NCBI GenBank assembly: GCA_951406725.2
Contig: OX597816.1
Span: forward strand, 81,530,001-81,594,000
Direction of reading: 5' to 3'
Length of the DNA: 64,000 nucleotides
Source: Octopus vulgaris
Lineage: Eukaryota
In this document: positions 25,850 through 38,502 of the stretch, piece by piece
Numbering within the stretch: position 1 is the first letter of the stretch
Layout: the number at the start of each line of letters is the position of its first letter
The notes under the pieces: generated by a model
Told to the model about the DNA's origin: nothing
The model's database searches: none
Seen by the model: only the letters and a program-made list of their open reading frames with translations
Made by a program: the position numbers and the translations under genes

Positions 25850-26035
25850 TGCCAGGTAAAAAACACTGGTGATAATGCCACATGAAAAGCACCTAGTACA
25901 CTCTGTAAAGAAGTTAGCATTGGGAAGGGCATCCAGCTGTAGAAACCAAACCAAGAACAGAATATGGAACCTAGTCTTGCCAGCTCCAATCAAGCTGTCT
26001 GACCCATGCCAGCATGGAAAATGGACATTAAATGG
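25850..26035 (+). mobile_element. Old RTE 3' terminal fragment
   Basis: ggaagggcatccagctgtagaaa and acccatgccagcatggaaaatggacattaaa. Confidence 0.65.
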
Positions 26036-26571
26036 CATGCCTAACTTCCAAATAGCTGAGCCCATTTAACTGTAAAGAGATACCACAATAGGCATAAATA
26101 ACCACTGCAAGCAGCAGCAACATTATAAAATTGATTTGTTTCATTAACTTGCAATACCATTCCATTCCGTCTGTGAGCAAAAATTGAAAGAGAACAGACT
26201 GCTTTGAGTTAAATAACAGTAGAGAAACAAGTCTAGAATTTGGTCCTTGTTCTAAAATAAGTTGTAAGTTTCATGTCTCAATGGATTATGAAACTCACAA
26301 TTTGGTAGGTTGTGATAATGATACATACTTTTTTTTTTTTTACTAGTTTCACTCATTGGACCACAGTTATACTTGAACCCCAGTACCTATTTCCATCAAT
26401 TGGTATTATTTGTTTGTGTCTATAGTTGAAAGGATTAATTGTTATTGAGTTACTGACTTCAGAAGAATAAAAAGCAAAGTGGATTTAAATGGGATTTAAA
26501 CTCTAAACCAACTCCTGTAGGTGTTTTATTCAATTCTCAACCATATATATATATATATATATGCACACACA

Positions 26572-27413
26572 CAGGTGCAATGAGTAAAATATCACCATTT
26601 TATATTCTTAATTTCATGCATTTTGTCAACTACACAGTATAGTAGGGTCAGTTGGGTACCATCTGTGAGAAAAACAGTGCCATGATGCAATTCGCTCTGT
26701 CAGAAATTTGGAAACGACATGCTGTACCGCTTGGCATTTTCACCAGAAGCTCTAATATGAACATTTCAGAGTGTTTGGGAGTCAGTCTGAGGACAGTGCA
26801 TGTACCGAGAGTGATAAAAATCAAATATCCAATCAACATCATGGTGCTTGGAGTGACGGTGTCATTATGCCTCCATTCATCTTCGCATATGGCCTCTGAC
26901 TCAACACACAGGCCTACATTATGTATCTGGAGGAGGTAGTACTGTCCTGGGTCAAGAGGGTGACTGCTGGAATACCCTATGTCTGGCAACGACTCTGCAC
27001 CATGCCACACAAGCAGAACAGAGTTGTATTTGTCAGACAACTTCGGTGACCACATCACCCCTAACACCTGGCCACATAACTCCCCAGACTACAACCCCCT
27101 TGAATATTATGTGTGGGGCACAGTTGAGCAAGAGACCAACAAAACTCCTCGTAACACCAAAAATGAACTGAAGGCAAGGATTATAACAACATTCACCAGC
27201 TTAAACAGGGAGACCATGCAGAAGAGTTGCAAGAGATTCTGAAGTCGTCTGAAGGCTGTGGTTGAAACCAATGGTGATTTTATTGAATAAATTTACTCTT
27301 TAGTATTTCAAGATATTTCTATGTAATTTTGGTAAATATATCTGTTAAAATGAGATGTTAGTGCTATTTTCATTTCTTCATAATTTAGATGACAATATAT
27401 TCACTGCACCCTG
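26572..27413 (+). mobile_element. Internally deleted Tc1/mariner-superfamily element, maT/DD37D-like
   Basis: Degenerate TIRs (caggtgcaatgagtaaaatatc / gacaatatattcactgcaccctg); DSAPCHTS...WPHNSPDYNPLEYYVWG catalytic segment; sits in TA/CA microsatellite. Confidence 0.75.
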
Positions 27414-27706
27414 TATATGTATATATATATATATGTGTGTATATACACACACTGTGAGAGGGAGTGTGATGCAAAGAAACATGATTAGGCTTGACACTTA
27501 TAAACATATAACGATATATATACATATATAGATATATGCAGTGTGTTCAAAAAGTATCCAACTTTATATTTTTCCACCAAAACTGATGCTACATGGCCAA
27601 AATCCTCTGAGTGGAAAATGACATCACCCTTTCTGCACATGTGAAAATTTTCGCGCCAATAGGCTGCGTCAGTTCCTGGCTGTTGTGCCTAGAGTACAGA
27701 CATGTA

Positions 27707-27945
27707 CTGTCACCCATACATATCAGTCTCTCCTCTCCACGTCTCCAATGTTATCCAAGGGAAAGACAAAGTGTGATACAGCTTGGCATCAGTGACTTTG
27801 TTATTAATTTCTACAGCTGAGTGAACTGCAACAATGTCAAATGATGTCTAGCTCAAGAGCACAACACAGAGCACAGTCCAGGAATTGGACTCATCAACCA
27901 CACAATTGTAAGCCCAATGCTTTAACCACTGAGCCATGCACCTTC
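27707..27945 (-). mobile_element. SINE family C
   Basis: Homologous to 46420-46740. Confidence 0.6.
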
Positions 27946-28026
27946 ATATGTGTATGTATATATGTAATACAAGTGTGCAGACAAATAAAAGAAGGGCACT
28001 CAGCACATTTATTGGGAGTTACATGA

Positions 28027-28168
28027 ATGGATCAAACAGTTTGATTCAAATTTCTTTAGTACTTCACGTTTCAAACATGATACTAGTTCTAATTCCAATG
28101 GCTGAAGACTAGCATCATGCTTGAAACTTGAAGTACTAAAGGAATTTGAATCAAACTGTTTGATCCAT
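28027..28168. repeat. Long inverted repeat, 61-bp arms with 4 mismatches, 20-nt loop (MITE-like hairpin)
   Basis: Arms 28027-28087 and 28108-28168 are reverse complements. Confidence 0.85.
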
Positions 28169-28169
28169 A

Positions 28170-28450
28170 CATCATCATCATCATCGAAATATAATGTCCA
28201 TCTTCCATGTTGGCATGAGTTGAACAGCTTCACAGAAGCTTGCCCAGTAGAAGACTGCACCAGACTTTTGTGTCTGTTTTGACAAGGTTTTTACAACTGG
28301 ATACCCTTCCGAACTCCAACCACCCTACAGAGTGCTTTTAACATGGTACCAGCACAGGTGAGGTCAGTTTTGGCATGGTTTTCTTTTTTTTTACAGCTGG
28401 ATGCCAACCACTTTACAATGTGGACTTGATGCTTTTTACATGGCACAAAC
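28170..28450 (-). mobile_element. RTE 3' terminal fragment
   Basis: (CAT)n then reverse complement of the RTE tail, with partial internal duplication. Confidence 0.65.
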
Positions 28451-28534
28451 TCTGGCAGGGTTACCAAGTAACTTGCAACACACACATACACCATGTACAT
28501 ATATGTATGTATATATATATACATATATATAAAG

Positions 28535-29230
28535 CTGGCAGAATTGCTAGTATGCTGGGTTAAAAGCTTAGCAGCATTTCGTCTGTCTTCACATTCTGAG
28601 TTTAAATACCACCAAGGTCAGCTTTACCTTTCATCCCTTCAGGGTTGATAAAATCAGTACACTGAGGTCAAAGTAACTGACTTAACCCCCACCCCTAAAA
28701 TTGCTAGCCTTGTGTCAAAATTTGAAACCTATATTTGTTCTGACTGTGTGTTCCAAGTTCAAATTCTACTGAGATCATTCTTACCTTTCATCCTTGCAGG
28801 GTTGATAAATAAAGTACCAGTCTTATAGATGCTTCTGGAAGAAATCAGCTGCCTTTCAGATCTAGAGAGAGAAGGGATCTCTCAGGTTTAAAATACCCAA
28901 AACATGACAACATTATGTTTTGACAGCACCCCTATGACCCAATCAAGAGTTGAGGACTTCAGAAATGAAGAAAGGAAAATAACCACTACTATCTTGCAAT
29001 AAATAGGTTCCATAGGGCATCAAGCTAGCAGAATCATTTGCACATTGGGCAAAATACTTAGTGGTATTTCATCCATTTTTATGTTCTGAGTTCAAATGCT
29101 ACCAAGGTCAACTTTGCATTTCATCTTTTTGAGATTGATAAAATAAGTACTAGTGGAACACTGGCGTCGATATAATCGACTTACCACCTCCTACAAAATT
29201 GCTGGCCTTGTGTCAAAATTTGAAACCAAT
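28535..29230 (+). mobile_element. Cluster of SINE A copies
   Basis: Copies at about 28535-28730, 28745-28825 (partial), 29015-29230. Confidence 0.7.
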
Positions 29231-30169
29231 AAATAGGTGCCATCATTATATACAGTTCACTGCTGTATTATAGCAGAAGTACTGCATTACAAACAAGTGT
29301 CTCATTAACTAACATTCTTTCAATTTGAGCCCTCATAAAAGCACTTTCATTATAACCTTGCTTAACCATTACTATCACTCACATGTTAAAGTGAACTTTA
29401 TATGAATAACTGATACAGGCACACAGCCTGGGGGGATGATTGATGAGAACATATGACATTTATGCCTTTTCAATAGCATAAATGTCATAAGAACTAAGAA
29501 AAGTGATATCTAACATTATCTACAAAACATGCATACACACAGAAAAATCATTCATTAGTCATACACACTCCACAATTACAGCTAAGCCTTCATATACACA
29601 CACTGCACTGTTGTCACTACTAAATGCATACACATGTACACACTGTTATTGATAGTGATGCACATTGCCACAGAACAAACATGTTCATCACTATATATGT
29701 ATACAGGAATACACACAAAATGCATACATTTTATACCATAAAATATATATGCTATTACCACAGCATGTATGCATGCACACATACATATATGTGCTCAAAT
29801 GTGCATACAGTGGATTATCAGGTATTAAAAGGAAGTCTACACAGTCACTTGACTTTCTCGATATTACAGCTGTGTCTCTCTTCGGTAATAAACTTTAGGC
29901 CATAACACCCTACATTAAAAACAAATTGACCATAACTGGAAATGCTACTCAAACACAGAGCTGATTTTATGTGATAGGGGCTAAAGTGTGTGTGTGTGTG
30001 CACATGCATGCATGCATATATATGTGTATATATGTGGCTGTATGGTAAGAAGTTTGCATTTCAGCTACATGGTTTCAGGTTCAGTCCCATTTCATGGCAC
30101 CTCAGGCAAAATGTGAATTGTACCATACAAACAAGAAGTTGATATAATCAGTGCAGAAAATTGTCAGCA

Positions 30170-30240
30170 GGCAGTTTAACTTAATTGTAAAGCACTCAGC
30201 CGGAGTCTTGGGTGATGTGGGTTCGAGTCCTATGACTGTT
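30170..30240 (+). other. tRNA-like cassette (pseudo-tRNA) with extended acceptor stem
   Basis: A-box-like TAACTTAATTGT, B-box GGTTCGAGTCC, T-stem gtggg/cctat, acceptor ggcagtt/gactgtt; poor anticodon stem. Confidence 0.55.
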
Positions 30241-30989
30241 TGTTGACAACTTTTTCCACCTTGTAAGGGTATTCAACCATTATCTCTGCTGTACTAACAG
30301 TAATACTGCATTCAGAAAAATACCAACATTCTATAACAATATAGAATGAAAGTAAACTGCAGCCAAATGTCTTTACTCTCTTCGAAACATTTCAGTTTCA
30401 ACCCACTCTGAAGCAGCCGTAAAAGAACTGATATTAAAGATGTATTGTTAATGTTTCCACCATGGTTTATGCCCACAATATAATCTGAATTCAGCTCTGG
30501 AAGTTAATAAAGCACTCATCAATTTTACAATGCTTCCACTCTTAAGTGAACCATTCCACCCTATGATGTCTGCTTGCAATTAAGTGTACTTGGACATGAG
30601 AGTGAAATGACTTCTTCTTTGGTATCTTTGACATCCAATGCTCTCTTCATACAGTTACACCTGCATCATATCTAATTAAGCATGAACTACATTAGTTTCA
30701 TTGTGAATGCTATAGTTTAGGTAGGTAATTAATTTTTTGCATGATTAAACATATATGCTTAGTTTTGCAAGTCATATGGCAACCTCACTAGGCTGATGTC
30801 ACAAAAGATGCATACAGTACGCTCTGTAAAGAGGCTGACATTAGGAAGGGCATCCAACTGTAGCAACCATGCCAAAGCAAACACTGGAGCATGATTCAGT
30901 CCTCTGATCCATTGGATCCTGTCTAACAGTCGAAACCATACCAGTATAGAAGACAGACATAAAAAGATGCAACTGATTACATATACGTA

Positions 30990-31063
30990 CATACATACAT
31001 ACATACATACATACATACATACATACATACATACATACATACATACATACATACATACATACA
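30990..31063. repeat. (TACA)n microsatellite after an RTE tail fragment (30800-30975)
   Basis: Direct read. Confidence 0.9.
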
Positions 31064-34000
31064 TTCCTATATACATACACACATATATTTTGTTGTGTCT
31101 GGGGAGAGTATATATATATATATATACCCACATACAGAGACATGCACAAACACTTATACACACACACACATTCACATGTGATGTAATCATGATAACAGTT
31201 TGCAAAAATAAGGCTGTTAGACCCATACTGAATGTTTACACCAACACACTAACACAAAAGTCTTATACATCTATTTTCTTAAACACTAGTTGATGTACAA
31301 AAATAGTGTTTGAGATATTCTTTAGACAATTGACTATACAGCTGATTTGCTTTGGTATGTTTTCGTCCAAGGCATGAACTATTTGAAATTACCTTACCAT
31401 AAAAGTTTCTTTTTTTATTTATTTATTTATTTATTTTGTGCTCTACACAAAATTGTTTGACACATAAAATGGATTGAGCTAGAGTACCATGAAACTAAAA
31501 CTGGGGAAATGTTTAGTCTGTCTAAAGCTTTCAGAGAAAACGAAGTTAATCCTTTCTTTTTATCTTTGAATTGATAAAAAGAAAAAGAAAGGGAGAATTG
31601 TAATAAATAGTTAAGAAAACTTTGTAAAAAAATAGTTAAGAAAAACTTTGCATGACTAAAAAAAAAGTAGTTTTTCTTTTTTTTCTTTTTTTCTTTTCAT
31701 TATTTCACTAAGGATCTTGGAAATATATTTGGAGGATAAATAATTCAAAAATATATACTTCAAGAAATTAGTTACTAGATTTTTTAATATTATCATTGTT
31801 ATTTTTGACTGAAGTATGAATAAAAACACTTATGAATTTGTTTAAGACACTTAAGTATTTCTGTTCTACTACAACAGCTCTTTGTGTGGACTAATACTGA
31901 TATTTTACTTTGGCATAAGACCACTAGATTATATTGACCCTAATGCTTGACTAGTGCTATATTTAATCAATCCTGGAAATTAAGCCGGGGTAGGATTTGC
32001 CTATCCACCGTAACACTTTTCTAATAGTTTTTTTGTTTTTTGGGGGGTTTTTTTGCTACAGGCACAAATTTTCTATTATAGGCCTGAATTTGGGGTTGGG
32101 GCTAATCGATTTTATCAACCCCAGTGCTTGACTGGTATTTATTTTATCAACACTAAAAAGTTTAAAGTCAAAGTCAAACTCAACAGCATTTGAACTCAGG
32201 GCATACAGCTAGAAGAAATGCCACTAAACATTTTGTTCAGTGTGCTAATAATTCTGCCAGCTCATCATCTTACTATGCCTGAATATTAAAAGCAAAATTC
32301 AGTATAATAATATTGACATGTACTAAACATTAATATTCTAAACAGAGAGAATCAATTCCAAATAGCTAATTAACTAATTTAATAATGTGATTGAACTTGA
32401 CCCTGTAATTACCAGATTTCCTAAAGATCTGACAGTCATTAGCAACGGTCTTTACTCATTAAATTGCTTAATTTAACAAAATTTGATGAAATTGATGAAT
32501 TGGAGCCAACAGATTTCATTTCTTCAAAAGTTTTATACTCATTTAAACCCAACAATAATTATTGATGCTTCAAATACTTAATGAGCTTTTCTTCAACATG
32601 TAAGTTATCTACATTTGGTAAAACAGGAATTTTTTTGTGAGGAAATATTGAGAAATCATCAAAAATGCAAGCTATCAATCATATTGAACTGAAAATTTCC
32701 AACTTTCCAGTAGTTTAATTAATTTAACGTAATTAAATTCCTACAGGTAATTTTCTAATGCATTAATAAGTAGCCTTAGACAACATATTTAGTTTCTAAT
32801 TGAGTTAGATGGTTGAAGTATATTATACCATAATATGGGACAATATAATGAATGATCTAATTCTTCTTGTCATTAATTTGTTCTTTGGTGCTGTATTGTC
32901 ACAGAAATTACCAGAGCAGCATTCGAGACAATGCTGAACTGCCTTGCATATTCAGACTTTCAATTTTCACATTTTCTTTTAGCATGTCTCTATTTAAAGA
33001 ATAGGGATGTGCTGAATGGAGAAAATTAGTTCTCTTGGTAATTATTTTGTTAAAATATCATATCCAAGAGCACAAACCTCTTCTCTGTGTGACATTTGCT
33101 AGCACCACTCTATTACTCAGCAAAGGTGATAGATGATAATAATACTTATGCACAAAGCCACACTTTACAGCAGAGCGAATAAGACTGTATTATGTTCGTG
33201 CTTTTCTGAAGGAACAGAAGAAAATTTCAACCCAAGACCCAAATTGGTTCATGAACTTTACCTTCTAGAAGCTTGCCTATTGTTCTGTGCTGCTCACATA
33301 TAACTCTCCCTGTTAATGTGTTAAATTGATGTGAAGAAGAATAATGTAACTGAAAAAAACAAATTAGTCCCTGTTATTTTCTAGTGATTTGCTATGACAG
33401 AAAATTGTGAGCATTGCCAGCTGCTCGAGACTTTAAAATGATTAAAGTATCAAGTTATCAAATAGAACACTATGCCACTGTCCTGTCAAATCTAAATGTA
33501 CTTTCTAAAATTCAATCTGGCATACATCTGTGAATAGACAGAACTGTGAGCATTTCAAAATTTCACAATTGCTAACATTACTGTATTTTTAGATGTGAAC
33601 ATTTTCCTTTGCTGAAGAATTTAGTTCACTTATAGAGTGTTTCCAAGCAAGAAAGAAAAGCCTATACTTTAAAAAAATTTAGCCTGATTTAAAAAGAATA
33701 CAAACACTTTAACTCTTTCTCATTAGACTGATCTTTACCAAATGTTTCCCCCAGACCTGTTTTGATCTTTTTATATAGTATCAGCTGGCAATGGTTGTGG
33801 GAAATGGCATAGAGGGATAATAGTAAGAAAGGTATTAAGAAGCCCAGAAGCAGCAGCCAAATCTATCTCAAATTAAACCCAGCATCTTAAAAAAAGAAAG
33901 GGTATATTGGATAATGCAGTCCTAGATACACTCTTTATAGAAGAAAGAAAAATTGGATATTCTTAGTTGGAATGTGTTTAGTTTTAGATCATTTCTGTCA

Positions 34001-34439
34001 AGATCTACCTGGGTTAAACATCAACATTCAAATGACCAGATTTGCAAATATCATCACACCTATGCTAACAGGAAAAATGTTTAATTGTCAGAACAGTATA
34101 AGTTTTATTTTTTATTTATTCATTTATTTATTTATTTATCTATTTAGTCAGGAGGAAGGCAGTGCTCATTATTCTCTACAAGGTCTCCAAGGCTAATGAT
34201 AGAGAGGGAAGAAATTATACACAAGCTAGAGACCTGATTTGCAACTGAAAGGACTCTGATAAAGGTCCCCAAGGGACAAGTGAAGAATTGAATCAAGGGG
34301 TGTATACTAGTGAACCACAAATAACTTACAACCGTAATGATTAAGATGATGATGATGAAGATGACAACGACAACAGAGGCAACAATGACAACAATGATAA
34401 TCATTATCATCATCATCATCATTACAGTTCCTATGTATA

Positions 34440-36490
34440 TCATTTTATATATCCTAGAAGGCCAGATCCCAGCTATGAGTCTGAGGTCCTATACAGATGT
34501 CATTTGATTGACAGTACTCTCTGCAAAAGGTGGCGAGCTAGCAGAAACATTAGTGCACTGGGTGAATTGCTTAGTGGTATTTTGTCTGCCGTTACGTCAA
34601 ATTCTGCCGAAGTCGACTTTACCTTTCATCCTTTTGGGGTCGATAAATTAAGTATCAGTTATGCACAGGGTCGATAAATTAAGTACAAGTTATGTAATCG
34701 ACTTAATCCCTTTGTCTGTCCTTGTTTGTCCCCTCTATGTTTAGCCCCTTGTGGGAAATAATGAAATAAGTACTCTCTGCAATATGTTGCTGTTCTCAGC
34801 AAGATGATTTGAACTGTATAGGCAGTGATGTTCTGGTGTACAGATGGTAAACTTTTCAATTCCCTTCTTCATGAGGCCTTGATTTCTGTTGACCCCTAGT
34901 ATTATTTCAGTTTTTATATTCCCCATCCTGTTGATTTCAGTTTCTTCATACATAGTCAGCTTCCTTTGATTTTACAAAGAGGAGTTACTTTCATATAGTA
35001 TTGTTATGTTGATAAGTATGCACTATTTTTTTTGTCTCTGATGACAGTGTCTGGCTTATTGGCTCTTTCTTCTCTGTCAGTGTAAGATGGACATATCTCA
35101 GAGGATGGGAACACTGTTAGTGACAGTGACTGTCTAAACAGAAGATTGGACTATTTCTCAGTCATCTTCATCTTGTAATTCTTGCACATTTTTCAGAGAA
35201 GGTATACAACTATCTCATTATGCCTGTGAATGTATTGAGTCTTTTCCAGTTCCACACATTCAGAGACAATATGGTGGATGGAATTTTTGCATTGCAGATC
35301 AGTTCCATCCTTGATGGTGATAGGATCTTGCTGTGAGACTCTAATTTTGTGCAATAATCAAGCTCTCTACTTTTAGTTTATTGTTCTTTAGCCATGGGTA
35401 TACCTGTTGTTGTTGTTTGTAGCCACATCATATTGAGAAGCACTGGTTCTTGCCTGATCATCAAAATAATTCACATTGATTCTAGTAAGTTCTTGGATAG
35501 GTGACTATTTGGGAAAAATACCTAATTGCAGCAAACAGATCCTTTGATTAGAGAAGTAGGTTGACAGATTCATTAAAGTGTTGCAAAAAAACCTTGTAGT
35601 ATTTAGTCACAGCTCTTTACATTCTGATTTCAAAATCCCACTAAAGTCATCTTTGCCTTTCATCCCTCTAGGGTTGCTCAAATAAAATAACAGTCAAAAA
35701 CTGAATCTGATGATAGTGTCTAGGCCTCTCCACTCAGAATTACTAGTTTTGTTTCTAAATCAGAAACAATTATTTTGGTTTGGTTCAGGTTTTTCTTTTT
35801 GCTCCAGCAATTCTCTACAATCAATTTATTTATAAGTAATTGATTTTTGCATCCATAAGAATTCCTTTTACAACCTTTTTGAGCTTGTGGAAGGATAGCG
35901 TTCTGTTCAAGGAAAGTGTATATTCTTCCAGTTAGTATTGATGTGAGGATCTTGTGGGTAATGTTGAGACATGTTATCGATTGGAAGTTCTTTGGATTTT
36001 TCAATGTCTTCAGTTTTTGGTAGAAGGTATGTTGTTCCTTCGGTCAGCCAGGCAGATATTTGCTTTGTGTTCTGAATGACATCAGTTAGAGATGAAGCAA
36101 AATGCTGGTGTACTTCTGTCAAACAATTCAGCCAGAATTTAGGGATCTGATCCAGTCCTGGGGCTTTCCATTTGTGAGACTTTCTAAGAACACATCTTAC
36201 CCTTCCACTCTTATTACCTCACATTTCTGCTCAACTTCATTCAGTCTTACTTTCTCACATTCTATCCAGTGAGCTTCAACTTTATATTGTTTTTTGTTAC
36301 TCCATATCTTCTTCCAGAACTATTCCATTTCCTCGGACTTAGGTGGCTCCTTTACTTCTATCTTGCTTTTGCCAATTTCCTTATAAAATTTCTTTGCATC
36401 CATCTTGAATACCTTGTTTTGTGGATAAAATTTGATTCTTTTGTCATACCTTCTGAGCTGTTGGGCTTTCAGTTGTATTTGTTGCAGGGA
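34440..36490 (-). mobile_element. Decayed R4/Dong-like non-LTR retrotransposon (RT plus restriction-like endonuclease), internally deleted
   Basis: RT segment NFQSITCLNITHKILT...QKGCKRNSYGCKNQLLINK; zinc-knuckle remnant HHIVSEC...YIHRHNE (about 35215-35280); RLE motif ANKPDTVIRDKK (about 35030-35065); terminal LQRVLSIK*. Confidence 0.8.
34527..34768 (+). mobile_element. SINE A with 14-bp target-site duplication inside the R4/Dong ORF end
   Basis: agtactctctgcaa at 34513-34526 and 34769-34782. Confidence 0.9.
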
Positions 36491-37805
36491 TGTTAAGTTT
36501 AAAGCAAAACAAGGAGCAAACAGAATCATGGAGCAGAGCTTCAGAAAAAGTGCCTTGTGTTATTTCTTCTAGCTTTTTACATTCTATGTTCAAATCCTGC
36601 CAAAGCCATTTTTGCCTAAAATAAAGTACCAGTCAAGTACTGGGGTCAATGGTATCAGCTACCCACTACCCTTAAAATTGCTGGCCTTGTGCCTAAATCA
36701 GAAACCATTATTAGTTTTAGTGTGTAGAAAGTATTTGGAATGATTCCGAGTTCAGAACAGAATTCATTGTTGAAAAACACCAAATGAAACATAAAAATAG
36801 CTGAGTGATCTGATGCTGGAAGGAGTTAGATATAAGTTATAATCAGCACTAAGTAATAATAACTGCAATAATAATAAAGAAATCAGTGTATCTATAGAAA
36901 AGGAAACCTACTGTGCCAAAAGACAGAAGGGGAAAAAAAGTATAGATTACAAGCTGAAACCATTTAATGTTGTTGGATGATGAATATAACTTAAAGGAAT
37001 AAGAAAAAGCTACCAAACAAAATTACTCTCATTAAGGGAATTGAGAAGTACAGATGATATTTGGCAAAAAGTAAAGGTAATGAATGATGTTCTTAAAAAG
37101 ACAAGTAAATAGCTCAACTAATACTACTATTGATTTGTTATATTATGGAGCTGTGCAATAGAGAATAATGATAAAAGAACATAACAATAGAAGAAAAGAA
37201 GACTGGAAGGACAAGTGAGAGAATTCAAAAGAGATCGGCATCAGTTTTCTTTCAATTTTGGAAACGAATATGAGAAACAGGATATATGAAAAACTACAAA
37301 GAAAATATAAACTGGGATAAAAAGACCCAAAGATTGAAGTAGAGTAAATGGAACAATCATCATCATTATTTTCCATGCTTTCAATGCCGGCATGGAATGG
37401 ACAGATTCTCATGGTCCAAGTCAGTTCTTATTCAGAGTTACTGCCCACCTAGATAGGTTCCTAACACCAATTGCTTTACAGAATGCTCTGGATGTATTTT
37501 ATCATAGCACAGACAATTGTTATTGCACAAGTAAAACAAATAATTAAAGTGAAGATAGAGAAAAGTGAAAGGATGAAAACTTGAACAAGAAATATTGCAT
37601 TTGTAGGAAATTTTCCTAGCAAAAACAAAGACAGCAAGAAGAGAACAATGAACTCGTCTGGAAGGTGGAAGAATGAAGAAAGGAAATAACCAGTATTTGT
37701 AGTAGATAAGTGGCAATTCTTTTCACTCAAAATGCGACTTATATAATGAACCCTGCTCAGAGTTTAAAACTTGCTGTATGCATTAATATACATACACATG
37801 CATTA

Positions 37806-37809
<4 letters not shown>

Positions 37810-37873
<64 letters not shown>

Positions 37874-37878
37874 ACACA
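37810..37878. repeat. (CA)n microsatellite
   Basis: Direct read. Confidence 0.9.
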
Positions 37879-38372
37879 CTCTTAAATTCTCATGCACAAT
37901 TGACTGTGTAGGGTAGATTGGCCCTGTCACTGTTCAATTTATGTGAATATCAACAATAATGTAAACAAATACATGTTGATGGCATCATGAGTGGAACAAA
38001 AACTTACTGTTTAAGCAGAATTTGATTCTGCTACATAACAAACATGCTTGTGATGATACACATTCTCATGAATTTATACATAATGCCTTCTGGATGTGCA
38101 AAACATTTATACACAGTTTTCTATTGCCCAGCTGTAATTCTAACACCCTTTTGCAACTATGTATATCGTCAGTCAACAGGAGTGGTGATTTAAAAGCCTG
38201 TTTATTCTGCCCTTTGATCATAGAAATATATTGCTACAATATCTATGCTTCCAAGACTAAACAAGATTGCATTGGCAATGATCGGGATTATTTCAGCTAA
38301 ATGTTTTGCTTGTTTTATTGTTTTGTTTTGTTTTTTAAATGAAACATGCAAGTGAAGTTGCAAACAGTATTT

Positions 38373-38502
38373 GCAAAAAGCAACATGCATCTAATATACA
38401 TGTGAAAAACTGAAGTCAAAATATCATAAATACAAAGGCAAAAAGCAACATGCATCTAATATACATGTGAAAAACTGAAGTCAAAATATCATAAATACAA
38501 AG
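38373..38502. repeat. Perfect 65-bp tandem duplication
   Basis: 38373-38437 identical to 38438-38502, GCA microhomology at junction. Confidence 0.9.

Noticed and set aside
30170-30240. Functional tRNA gene
   Set aside because: Anticodon stem does not pair properly and D-loop GG is absent; kept only as tRNA-like
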